IMG/VR virus record: IMGVR_UViG_3300037483_000594
Location: 96,001 to 160,000 of that record
Source: a virus
DNA length: 64,000 bases
Reading direction: 5' to 3' (one strand)
Shown here piece after piece: positions 17,912 through 26,101 of the stretch (its first letter is position 1; the number at the start of each line of letters is the position of its first letter). The notes under the pieces were generated by a model. The model had not been told where the DNA came from and made no database searches. It worked only from the letters and a program-made list of their open reading frames with translations. The position numbers and the translations under genes were made by a program.

Positions 17912-18831
17912 TGCTCGCGCACCCTGCCACCTACTGGGCCAAGTACCTGCTGTCTACACGGCAGTACGAGTACCAGCAGGTCGTTGAGGTGATGGAGTCA
18001 CGCGACCTGGCGGGGGTCACTGTCGAGCAGCTCACTCGACTCGACGAGCAGTTGGCCCGCCCCAAACAGTGGTTCCCCACGCTCAGTACCCACGCCCCCA
18101 GCGCCAACTTTTTGCGGGAAGAGGGCATCTACGAGCTCTGGCATCCGGACAAAGAGAGCCGGGATGCCGAGGCTGTCTTGTACCAGCCCAAAACGCGGAA
18201 GTTGGTAGAGACTCTGCTGCTCTCGCCCTTTCGCCCAGAGGCGGCGGTAGAACGTCTGAACAAGATCCTTCCGGAGAACCGTCGCCTGACGTTGCGTGCG
18301 TACCTGCTTTTCCAGCACTACTTTTGGTGCTCGGAGCACATGACCGGGGACGACTGGGGCACTTTCGTGCTTCAGCGGCGCGCGAACTCCCAGGCTTGGA
18401 TCAGCATGGCGTTGCACGCTACCAGCCCCGAGAGCACGAAGCTCCTTTTGTGGAAGATGGGGTTGGGCACCCTCAAGAACATGGACTCGTACTCCATCTT
18501 CAAGTCGGTGCGGGACAAGGCCGCCTTGGCAGTGGCCCAGCTTCCGGACGAGCCCTCGCTCGAGAACTCCCGGATGCTGGCGAACTATACCAAGGTGCTG
18601 CACTACGCTCAGGACGGGATGGAGCACACCGGAGCCGCCTCCGAGTCGTTGGCCGAGGCGTTCAAGACGTTTAGTCTGGAGTACGACGACGTTGAGATTC
18701 CGGCTGTGCACGCCGTGACCTACGGGCGCCTCTCCGTGCCGGACATCGGGCAGGACGAAGGAGACGCGGCAGACTTTTACAGTGACAGGCAGTCCCTCCT
18801 CTTGGCCCCCGAGGACGATGATGCCAATTAG
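17911..18831 (+). CDS. hypothetical protein
   Basis: 306-aa ORF translationally coupled (TGATG) to the upstream gene. Confidence 0.6.
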   Translation: MLAHPATYWAKYLLSTRQYEYQQVVEVMESRDLAGVTVEQLTRLDEQLARPKQWFPTLSTHAPSANFLREEGIYELWHPDKESRDAEAVLYQPKTRKLVETLLLSPFRPEAAVERLNKILPENRRLTLRAYLLFQHYFWCSEHMTGDDWGTFVLQRRANSQAWISMALHATSPESTKLLLWKMGLGTLKNMDSYSIFKSVRDKAALAVAQLPDEPSLENSRMLANYTKVLHYAQDGMEHTGAASESLAEAFKTFSLEYDDVEIPAVHAVTYGRLSVPDIGQDEGDAADFYSDRQSLLLAPEDDDAN

Positions 18832-19207
18832 GGAAGAGGAGTACCGCACTGCCCGTGAGACAATGGACAGCTCCGGGGTCTGGGACCACAAGTTCCAGAC
18901 CGAAGAGCGGGTGCTGGACCCGGTACCCTCCCGAAGGTTCGAGGCTTGTTGGCGACGTGAAGAGCAGACCCTGGAGCTCCAGGTCTACTACTTCGGGCGT
19001 GCCCTTGACTTTGTGTGGGACCACGTCCCGTTTGCCGTGGCCTTGTACGGGAAGCTGCTCGACTACCTTGGTCTGACCTTGTATCCGGAAAGGCTCCTTG
19101 TAGAGTTCGTTCCGGAAGTGAACGGGTGGTACGTCAAGGCCACCGTTCCGCGAGCGCGTGAGGTGCTCCCGGAGGTGCTGGCTCTTATCGTGGACGCAGC
19201 GGGGTAA
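18818..19207 (+). CDS. hypothetical protein
   Basis: GAGG RBS then ATG; fills the gap in the operon. Confidence 0.55.
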   Translation: MMPIREEEYRTARETMDSSGVWDHKFQTEERVLDPVPSRRFEACWRREEQTLELQVYYFGRALDFVWDHVPFAVALYGKLLDYLGLTLYPERLLVEFVPEVNGWYVKATVPRAREVLPEVLALIVDAAG

Positions 19208-19208
19208 T

Positions 19209-19760
19209 ATGCAGGTTTTTGCAGAGTCCTACACGGCGACCTTGCTCAAGTGCGCGGCGGACGTGCACCAGCTATACGCCGCCTCTCCTTGGCAAAAGGC
19301 GCGAGCAGCCCTGGGCAAGGCAGCCCCCTACGCCAAGGGTTCGGCGATTGGTGGCGGGTTTGGGGCTTTGACAGGCGCGACAGCCGCCCTCCCGGAGGAA
19401 GGGGAGGAGCCAGCGGGTCTAGCCCCTGTGTTGGTGGGGGCAGGGGCCGGGGCTCTCACCGGAGGGGTCTTGCTGGGGAGTGCCCTAAAAAGACTGGGCT
19501 CGAGCCCAGCGCGCGCACGCGCTACAGAGGCTGTGCAAGAGCTTGAGAGACGACGGAAGGGGCTCCCGGCCCCCGACTCAGGAAACGTGATAAACATGTT
19601 CTCAAGGCGGCCCACCCGTAACCTGGAAGCTGTCGGCACTCGTGCGGTTGACCAGATGCCAGACCCTTCACTTCTTGAGGTCCCCGCGGCGCTCCTCGGG
19701 ACAGTGGCCGCCCCGATGGTTCTCGCCCCGCTAGCCGCCCACCTGGCAAAGGAGGAATGA
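19209..19760 (+). CDS. glycine-zipper protein
   Basis: LLKCAA leader; GGGFGALTGATAA...GAGAGALTGG. Confidence 0.6.
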   Translation: MQVFAESYTATLLKCAADVHQLYAASPWQKARAALGKAAPYAKGSAIGGGFGALTGATAALPEEGEEPAGLAPVLVGAGAGALTGGVLLGSALKRLGSSPARARATEAVQELERRRKGLPAPDSGNVINMFSRRPTRNLEAVGTRAVDQMPDPSLLEVPAALLGTVAAPMVLAPLAAHLAKEE

Positions 19761-19975
19761 TGCCATTCGTCTCGGAGAGTCAGCGCCGAAAGTTCTACGC
19801 CATGAAAGAGCGCGGAGAGGTCAGCGCAAAGGTCGTCAAGGAGTTCGAGAAGGGCTCCCCGGAGGACCTCCCGGAACGTGTGAAGACCGCTGCCTACTGC
19901 GAAGCCTACGGGCTCGAGCTGCTCAAGGGGGCAGCCCCCCGCTGGAAACAGCTTCTCCGTGGCAAGGAGATCTGA
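19757..19975 (+). CDS. small basic phage protein
   Basis: AAGGAGG RBS; MPFVSESQRRKFYAM..RGE..LPERVKTAA. Confidence 0.65.
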   Translation: MMPFVSESQRRKFYAMKERGEVSAKVVKEFEKGSPEDLPERVKTAAYCEAYGLELLKGAAPRWKQLLRGKEI

Positions 19976-20499
19976 TGCGCGCGCTTCTGGTGCAGGGGGG
20001 AGCACTCGCTGACACGCTCCTGAAGCTTGCGGAGAAGCCTCTCCGTGAGCGCGTAGAGGTGTACGCTCTCAAAGACGGAAAGGTCCTGGCCGGCATCTAT
20101 CCGGACGGGTCAGTGGGTGTGCCTGGGGGAGGGGTGTCCTCCGGGGAGTCCCCCGAGCACGCGGCAAAGCGGGAGTACAAGGAAGAGGCAGGCCTGACCG
20201 TCAAGAACCTGCAGCCCCTTCCCGTGCCCCCACTTGTTGAAAAGTGGGAGAAGCGGAAGGACCTCACCGACAAGGAGAAGGAGCGGCGCAAGGAGTTCTC
20301 CGGGTCGCGCACTCACTTCTACATAGCCGACCTTTCCGGAAAAGGCGGGAAGGCGGTGGACCCCTCCGCGTTGAAGAGGCTCGTTCCGCGTTCGGTAGCG
20401 GCTCTTGTCGACAAGCTGCAAGAGCAAGCCGACTCCGGGAAGAAGCGGGACAAGGTACGCCTCAAGGTACTCGAGACTGTCCAGGAGTTAACCAGCTAA
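19975..20499 (+). CDS. Nudix hydrolase
   Basis: Complete Nudix box GGGVSSGESPEHAAKREYKEEAGL. Confidence 0.9.
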   Translation: MRALLVQGGALADTLLKLAEKPLRERVEVYALKDGKVLAGIYPDGSVGVPGGGVSSGESPEHAAKREYKEEAGLTVKNLQPLPVPPLVEKWEKRKDLTDKEKERRKEFSGSRTHFYIADLSGKGGKAVDPSALKRLVPRSVAALVDKLQEQADSGKKRDKVRLKVLETVQELTS

Positions 20500-20523
20500 A
20501 AAAGTGGGGGTTGCCCCCCACCG
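20494..20523 (-). terminator. intrinsic terminator
   Basis: GTGGGGG-GCAA-CCCCCAC-TTTTTTAGCT on the minus strand. Confidence 0.75.
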
Positions 20524-20529
20524 TGGCCG

Positions 20530-20760
20530 CTACTGCGGCCGAACCTCCTCCTCGCCGACGATGGTAGCGGTTCCGGTGCGGTCAAACCGCACCGTGGGGA
20601 TGCCGTCGTCGACTCCCTCGACGACGCCCACGTCCCCCGGTTCCGCGTGGATGTACGCGCCCTGGGGGAACTGGGCGTTGGGGTCTCCGGGGAGGCGACC
20701 GTTCTCGGTCACCTGCGCGGTGGCCATCAATCGCTGGCCCTTCTCAAACGGGTACGTCAT
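20530..20760 (-). CDS. small hypothetical protein (SH3-like beta fold possible)
   Basis: AAAGGAAAGG RBS; MTYPFEKGQRLMATAQV...GDVGVVEGVDDGIPTVRF. Confidence 0.6.
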   Translation of the reverse strand: MTYPFEKGQRLMATAQVTENGRLPGDPNAQFPQGAYIHAEPGDVGVVEGVDDGIPTVRFDRTGTATIVGEEEVRPQ

Positions 20761-20772
20761 GCCTTTCCTTTC

Positions 20773-20803
20773 TAGCAAAAAGTGATGGGAGTTTCCCACC
20801 ACT
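20773..20803 (-). terminator. intrinsic terminator after the tRNA-like element
   Basis: AGTGGTGGG-AAAC-TCCCATCACT-TTTTGCTA. Confidence 0.6.
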
Positions 20804-20805
20804 AG

Positions 20806-20874
20806 AGCCGAGACCTGGGCTTGCACCAGGATCTCCTCCTCAACGGAGGCGGGTTACCTTAACCCCATCTCGGC
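20806..20874 (-). ncRNA. tRNA-like cloverleaf with a 5-nt anticodon loop
   Basis: GCCGAGA/TCTCGGC acceptor; D arm GGGT-TAAGGTA-ACCC; CCTCC-GTTGA-GGAGG; T arm CCTGG-TGCAAGC-CCAGG; no encoded CCA. Confidence 0.7.
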
Positions 20875-20904
20875 GGTGGGTGCAGCGCTGGGCGCTGCGC
20901 CCCT

Positions 20905-21222
20905 CTAGTACTTGGACAGAACCTGCCCCACGGTCCAGCGGGGGTCGTGGGACACGGCGACTACGTACCCCTGGCACTTGGGGTCGTAGATCGCCGTTGC
21001 GCCGAACCGGTGCACCAAGAAGTGCACCAGTACGGCGCAGACAGGGAGGCTCATGGGCCCGCTTATGCGGACCAAGCCCCCGCCGATCTCGAGACCCTTC
21101 AAGGTCTCGTTCTCGAGCTCCGCCACGATCTGGGCGTTCGTGGCGGTCTCCCCGAAACCCACCGTCAGGTCGGTTACCTGATCGGTGGAGTGCGGCTCCC
21201 GCCGCACATGGAAAAGTGACAT
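20905..21222 (-). CDS. csx3: Csx3 (Crn3)-like cyclic oligoadenylate ring nuclease
   Basis: 105 aa; VGFGE..GGGLVRISGPMSLPVCAVLVHFLVHRF..IYDPK..GYVVAVSHDP.W.VG matches the Csx3 pattern; AAGGAGGTG RBS. Confidence 0.8.
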   Translation of the reverse strand: MSLFHVRREPHSTDQVTDLTVGFGETATNAQIVAELENETLKGLEIGGGLVRISGPMSLPVCAVLVHFLVHRFGATAIYDPKCQGYVVAVSHDPRWTVGQVLSKY

Positions 21223-21233
21223 TGTCACCTCCT

Positions 21234-21289
21234 TGGCGCAGGTGAGGGGGAGTCGAACCCCCTGACGCCGAAGCGTCTCCAACACCTGC
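21234..21289 (-). ncRNA. mini tRNA-like element (56 nt)
   Basis: GCAGGTG/CACCTGC + G + CCA; canonical T arm GGGGG-TTCGACT-CCCCC; a single GACGC-TTCG-GCGTC hairpin replaces the D and anticodon arms. Confidence 0.7.
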
Positions 21290-21486
21290 CCCAGGGTCAC
21301 GCCTTACCTGGATGGCGCTTCACTTTTTGTTTCCATCCAGAGTGTGAAGTCTCTGGACCGGGCTACTGCTCCACCAAAGAGAGGGCCGGGACAAAGGGCG
21401 CCGCTTCGCGCCGATTCGGACACCTCCTGCGGACCATGCGCTGCCCGTACCACGCAGAAGGCTGCGAGGGTTTCTTTGTACTCAGA

Positions 21487-21606
21487 TCAGCGCTTCCGCG
21501 CTGAGCGGAAGAACCCATAGGGGTCCTTCCCGGTTACGCCCTCGATCACGATGGCGAGAAGAACGCACACAGCCACAAGGGCGATGATGAGGAACAATGT
21601 TGTCAC
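21487..21606 (-). CDS. 39-aa single-pass membrane peptide
   Basis: GGAGGTG RBS, GTG start; MTTLFLIIALVAVCVLLAIVIEGVTGKDPYGFFRSARKR. Confidence 0.6.
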   Translation of the reverse strand: MTTLFLIIALVAVCVLLAIVIEGVTGKDPYGFFRSARKR

Positions 21607-21619
21607 GCTACACCTCCAG

Positions 21620-21690
21620 TGCCCCTGGCAGGAATCGAACCTGCTCCTCCTGGGTGTAAACCAGGCGCTCGTCCTTCGAGCTACAGGGGC
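21620..21690 (-). tRNA. tRNA-Val(TAC)
   Basis: GCCCCTG/CAGGGGC acceptor, GCTC/GAGC D stem, CCTGG-TTTACAC-CCAGG, GCAGG-TTCGATT-CCTGC, discriminator A; CCA not encoded. Confidence 0.9.
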
Positions 21691-21717
21691 GGAGTAGGAC
21701 AGGGGGTGTCCTACATA

Positions 21718-21728
21718 TTCTTATAACA
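21718..21728 (-). promoter_or_regulatory. candidate promoter TGTTATAAGAA
   Basis: About 27 nt upstream of tRNA-Val; TTGATA lies 18 nt upstream of TATAAG. Confidence 0.6.
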
Positions 21729-21732
21729 GAAG

Positions 21733-22146
21733 TCACTGAAATGTATCAACAATCTCCTTGTTGTGTTGGTAGATGGTATCCAGCAGGGCGTCGTACCGTT
21801 GGAGAAGGGCGCTGTCCCACGTGGTGATGAAGAAGCCCACCTCTCCGCCCGGGAAGGACACCCTGTACTCTCCGTCACAGTAGGCAGCGCAGCGAACGGG
21901 CTCGAGGGCCTCCCAGGCCTTCTCGAGCAGCGCCTCGGGCTCTGGGCCCACAAGGCGCTCGAGGGAGGGAAGGTTGTTGTCAACCACCCGTTGGAGCAGC
22001 CGGCCCACCTGCCGCATCGCCACGGCCTCTTCGAGGCTGATCTCTACCGGGGCTGCCCCCGGCAGCCGCAGGCTGACCTCGTAGACCCCTCGGGCCACTC
22101 CACCCCACCTCGGAGGGTCCATCAGTTTCCGGATAAGGGCTTTCAT
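21733..22146 (-). CDS. hypothetical protein
   Basis: GGAGG RBS, preceded by TGTTATAAGAA. Confidence 0.65.
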   Translation of the reverse strand: MKALIRKLMDPPRWGGVARGVYEVSLRLPGAAPVEISLEEAVAMRQVGRLLQRVVDNNLPSLERLVGPEPEALLEKAWEALEPVRCAAYCDGEYRVSFPGGEVGFFITTWDSALLQRYDALLDTIYQHNKEIVDTFQ

Positions 22147-22165
22147 CTCTAACCTCCATTGCGCC

Positions 22166-22176
22166 TTCTTATAACA
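22166..22176 (-). promoter_or_regulatory. candidate promoter TGTTATAAGAA
   Basis: Same 11-mer as at 21718; divergent from terL. Confidence 0.6.
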
Positions 22177-22243
22177 GCGGCTTTTTCTTATGTTCCAAGC
22201 GTCTGTGTTGATTAGCTTTTTCGGTTTGTGCTAGGTTAGGGTA

Positions 22244-24040
22244 ATGGACGACCTTTACAAGCGCGCGCAGGACAGTGTCAGCACCGGGTTGTCGGACGAA
22301 GAGACCGAGGCCTTGCTGGACGCGGAGATGGAAGAGGAGGAGCAGGACAGGTACGACGCTCTTCTGGAGGGGGAGGTGGCGGTGGGGAAGGCCCCGGTGG
22401 TACCGGTGTCGCTGAGCAAGTACACCGAGTTCAGTGTGCGGATAAACACCGGGTACGACATCGAACCTTTCTCGTTCAAAGGCAGGGAGCACTTCCGGAA
22501 GGTGTACGACACACCTGACAAGGACGTCCTAGTGCTAGCCAGTCGGCAGTCGGAGAAGTCGACGTTCCTGGGGAACAAGATCTTGGCGTTGTCGGCTATC
22601 ATCCCCGGGTTTCAGACGCTGTACGTTTCTTCTTCGGCAACGCAGTCCAAGGTCTTCTCGGAAGACCGGATACGCGAGCCTATCCTGAACTCTCCGCGAC
22701 TCCAGCAGAGTGTTGACCCGCGTGCCCAGAGTGTTTTTTCCAAGAGGTTTCGTAACAGCTCCATGATCAGGTTGCGCTACGCCTACCTGACAGCGGACCG
22801 AGCTCGTGGTGTGAAGTCAGACGGGATCTTTATCGACGAGATTCAGCACATCTTGCCGTCCAACATCCCTATTATCGAGCAGTGTGCGTTCCACTCGATT
22901 CACAAGTACCGCACGTACTCCGGGACCCCGTTGACCCTCGACAACACCATCGCTGTCCTGTGGGACTCCCACTCCACGCAGAACGAGTGGATCGTCCCCT
23001 GCCGGGCCTGTGGCCAGGAGAAGAAGCGGGACACCTGGTGGTGGAACGTCCTGGGTCCCGGGAACATCGGCAAGGAAGGACTGGTGTGCGAGCACTGTCA
23101 CCGTCCCATCAACGTGCGCGACCCCGATGCTCAGTGGGCGTCGATGCAGCCGGTGAACGCGGACAACGCTCTGCGGGTCAACTTCCGCGGTTTCCGGATT
23201 ACGCAGTTCATGGTCCCGTCGCTGAACTGGCGGAAAGACATCCTGGAGAAGAGGGAGGAGTACTCCACAGCGCAGTTCAACAACGAGGTGTGTGGGCTGA
23301 GCTACGACTCCGGGAGCCGGCCTATTTCCAAGCAGCAGCTTATCCGCGCCTCACGTGCGGACGTGGACATGTCCGAGATCGAGAAGAACGTGGCCCGGTG
23401 CACCGGAGGGGTGTTCGCTGGGGTCGACTGGGGCCAGGACACGGAGAACTCCTTTACCGTGCTCACCCTGGGCGGGTACATGACCCACGGCTTCCAGATC
23501 TTTTTTGCCCACCGGTTCGTGGGGGCCGACTGTGACCCCGATGTCCAGCGCGAGAAGGTTGCCAAGCTGCTGGGCGCCGTCCACTTCCGGGTGTGCGGAG
23601 CGGACTACGGCGGCGGCTTCGGGCGTAACGACTGGCTGATGCGCAAGTTCGGAATGAAAAAGTTTGTGCGGTTTCAGTACGCCCCCAACCCCGTGCGGAA
23701 GATCGTGTGGAACCCCAAGCTCCTGCGGTTTGTGCTCCACCGCTCGGAGGTGATGGGCGACTTTTTTAGCGCCTTAAAGGAGCATAGGATCAGCCTTCCG
23801 AACTGGAAACAGTTTTCCGAACCACACGGCCGGGACATCCGCAACATCTTCACTGAGTTCAACACCCAGCGCCTTCTCATGCAGTACAAGCACACCCATG
23901 GCAAAACCGACGACACCTTCCACTCCATCATCTACTGCGTCCTGGGGAGCATGCTCGTGAAACCCCGCCCTGACATCCTGATCCCCCTCAAGGAAGGGAA
24001 CGTCAGCTTTGACCGTGGCGGCCTAGACCTCGCTGCCTAG
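22244..24040 (+). CDS. terL: terminase large subunit
   Basis: Walker A variant ASRQSEKST, Walker B GIFIDEIQ, YSGTP coupling motif, CxxC..CxxC, nuclease GVDWG and DDTFHS. Confidence 0.9.
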   Translation: MDDLYKRAQDSVSTGLSDEETEALLDAEMEEEEQDRYDALLEGEVAVGKAPVVPVSLSKYTEFSVRINTGYDIEPFSFKGREHFRKVYDTPDKDVLVLASRQSEKSTFLGNKILALSAIIPGFQTLYVSSSATQSKVFSEDRIREPILNSPRLQQSVDPRAQSVFSKRFRNSSMIRLRYAYLTADRARGVKSDGIFIDEIQHILPSNIPIIEQCAFHSIHKYRTYSGTPLTLDNTIAVLWDSHSTQNEWIVPCRACGQEKKRDTWWWNVLGPGNIGKEGLVCEHCHRPINVRDPDAQWASMQPVNADNALRVNFRGFRITQFMVPSLNWRKDILEKREEYSTAQFNNEVCGLSYDSGSRPISKQQLIRASRADVDMSEIEKNVARCTGGVFAGVDWGQDTENSFTVLTLGGYMTHGFQIFFAHRFVGADCDPDVQREKVAKLLGAVHFRVCGADYGGGFGRNDWLMRKFGMKKFVRFQYAPNPVRKIVWNPKLLRFVLHRSEVMGDFFSALKEHRISLPNWKQFSEPHGRDIRNIFTEFNTQRLLMQYKHTHGKTDDTFHSIIYCVLGSMLVKPRPDILIPLKEGNVSFDRGGLDLAA

Positions 24041-24042
24041 GG

Positions 24043-24070
24043 AGCTAAGAAATGGCGCGGGGTGCGCCAT
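24043..24070 (-). terminator. intrinsic terminator
   Basis: ATGGCGC-ACCCC-GCGCCAT-TTCTTAGCT on the minus strand. Confidence 0.65.
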
Positions 24071-24083
24071 AGGGAGAGTTCGG

Positions 24084-24554
24084 TCAGGACAGGGGGGCTT
24101 CGGCGGGCTTTCCCTTCGTGTTCTTCTTGTTCTTGGTGTTGGGCGTGGTGTCATCCTCTGGCAGGTTGAGTTCTCGCAGGATCAGATCCAGTTTTCCGGC
24201 GACCGAGGTCGCGTTCTGAGCCGTTTCGTTCACCATCTGGTGGACGTAGGCGGTGTTCCTCGCCACCGCCGCAGCCAGCTCTTCGACGCCGGCGTCGGTG
24301 GTGCGAGCCATCGACACGGCGTGTGCGGCGTCCTCGGACGCCTGGCGGATCACTTCCGCCGTCGGGTTCTGGTCCAGCAAGCGGGACGCCACGTTCCCGC
24401 CGATGACCAGCGCCGTCGGGGCAGCAGCGACCGTGATCTGCGTCGCGAGAGACGCGCCAGGAACGAAGGAACGGACGAGTGCCAAGGACGCGCCACCAGC
24501 GGTGGCGCCAGACAGAACGCACTTCCCCCAGAACAGAACTTCAGTCTTCCACAT
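24084..24554 (-). CDS. hypothetical membrane-associated protein
   Basis: AGGAGG RBS; hydrophobic N-terminus, helical middle, Lys-rich tail; TGGGATAAG upstream. Confidence 0.6.
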   Translation of the reverse strand: MWKTEVLFWGKCVLSGATAGGASLALVRSFVPGASLATQITVAAAPTALVIGGNVASRLLDQNPTAEVIRQASEDAAHAVSMARTTDAGVEELAAAVARNTAYVHQMVNETAQNATSVAGKLDLILRELNLPEDDTTPNTKNKKNTKGKPAEAPLS

Positions 24555-24626
24555 AGCATAGCCTCCTGACAGCAAGGGCTATGTACTTGCTGTCATATAC
24601 TTATCCCACCGAAATGACTAGATATT

Positions 24627-25262
24627 TCACTTTTTGCGGGAGAGGGAGGCGACTTGCCGGGAGCCGGTACCTTCGGTGTTGCTGAGCCCTCCTGCTTTTT
24701 TAAAAGTGAGGGCAAGGGCATCGAAGGTGTCGATCTCTTCGAGGATGGCGTGGTTGAGGAACTGGCGGTGAGGGGGGGTGAGGGGGTCGCGGGTGGTGAA
24801 GAAGGCGGCGATCTTGGTGAGGTTCTTCCGGCCCATTTGGTACTTGACGTAGAGGGTGCGCAGGGGCTCGGACATGGAGAGCTCGGGGTCGTGGGTGATG
24901 ACCCTCATAGCGCGCACGCACACCCGGAAGAAGGTGAGCCAGGAGTCGGTGACCTGCAGGCTGGTGTTGATGCGTTCTATCTCGGCTTCGGTGAGGCGGA
25001 GAAGCACCTCTCCGAACTTGGCGAGCAAGAGGGCGTCGAACGTAGGCTCGGAGAGCACCCTTTCTGCGGTGGTGTAGAGCAGCGCGAGCTCAGCGTCTGT
25101 CATAGCGACGTAGGTTGTCGCGGCCAATTGGTTCAGCTCGTACAGAGTGTCCACAGAAGCCTGGAGCTTTTCAATGCGCTGCTCCAGCACCTGCACTTTT
25201 AACGAAAGGTCGGCGTCCATCGCTTGACTGTAGCCCAAGTTTGTGCCCTCGTCGATGATCAC
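24627..25262 (-). CDS. hypothetical protein with N-terminal coiled coil
   Basis: 211-aa ORF (start may be at 25220), divergent from the head operon. Confidence 0.6.
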   Translation of the reverse strand: MIIDEGTNLGYSQAMDADLSLKVQVLEQRIEKLQASVDTLYELNQLAATTYVAMTDAELALLYTTAERVLSEPTFDALLLAKFGEVLLRLTEAEIERINTSLQVTDSWLTFFRVCVRAMRVITHDPELSMSEPLRTLYVKYQMGRKNLTKIAAFFTTRDPLTPPHRQFLNHAILEEIDTFDALALTFKKAGGLSNTEGTGSRQVASLSRKK

Positions 25263-25322
25263 TATTTTTGTTTTTGTTTGTTATTGCCTACTTCAGTGTT
25301 ACTGTGGTTGTAGGTATACACG

Positions 25323-26093
25323 ATGGAAGTCGAGCCGCGGCGGTTAGAGGTGTTGGGTGATCAGGCCAGTGAGATGTTTGCGAACGGAGAGTGCTCGCTG
25401 AACGACGCGGTGGCTACCGTGGTAGGGCGGGGGAAGCTGGGTAGCGACCACGTGAAGCGAGTAGTGGAGTTTGCGAACAACAAGGCCTTTGGCCGGTTGT
25501 TCAAGAACACCAAGGCAAACAGCAGGCTTGTGAACTTCGCTGGAGGCCCGGCGAGCCCGGACGTGGTTCTGGGCAAGATGGAGGCTACCATGGTCAAGGC
25601 AGCCGAGTACAGGAGGGGGGCCGAGGGGTTTGAGTTCGCGGTTCTCGGCGAAGAGTTCGAGAAGGTGGCCCAGGCTCCCTCCCGGGACGAGGAGTTGCGC
25701 GACTACTTGCACCTCAAGCAGGAGCTGGAGAAGCTCAGCTTTGAGCTGGGGGTGCGTCTGTCGAGGTACGAACGCGCGGTGGACACCCTTTGCAAGGAGG
25801 CGCAGCGGGTGGTGCAGGGGGGCGGAAGCATCACTGACGTGGCGCAGGCCATCTCCGAGCTGTCTCCGAACTCTTCGGTGACCAAACTCGCGCTCAAGCA
25901 GCTCAGCGCTGCCCTTGGGGACACGCCAGCGGCTCACGTGAAGGTGGCGGGCGTCCGCGAGCTCGACGTGGCGCACCCGCTGTGCACTGCTTTCGAGAAG
26001 TTCGCCACTGCCGCTTTGGACTACTACTCCACCGCTGCTGACGCAGACGCGCTTCGTGGTATCCTGAAGGAAGCGCGAACGCTTCTACAGTAG
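25323..26093 (+). CDS. K-x-A-rich putative prohead core protein
   Basis: MVKAAE, FEKVAQ, LCKEAQ, TKLAL, VKVAG, FEKFAT. Confidence 0.55.
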   Translation: MEVEPRRLEVLGDQASEMFANGECSLNDAVATVVGRGKLGSDHVKRVVEFANNKAFGRLFKNTKANSRLVNFAGGPASPDVVLGKMEATMVKAAEYRRGAEGFEFAVLGEEFEKVAQAPSRDEELRDYLHLKQELEKLSFELGVRLSRYERAVDTLCKEAQRVVQGGGSITDVAQAISELSPNSSVTKLALKQLSAALGDTPAAHVKVAGVRELDVAHPLCTAFEKFATAALDYYSTAADADALRGILKEARTLLQ

Positions 26094-26101
26094 GAGGGCG
26101 C

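Noticed and set aside
20905-21300. 131-aa version of the csx3 ORF
   Set aside because: The extension runs through the mini-tRNA; the strong RBS supports the ATG at 21222
21234-21480. tmRNA interpretation of the mini-tRNA region
   Set aside because: No G3:U70 pair or A discriminator, no tag ORF, and the acceptor stem closes within 56 nt
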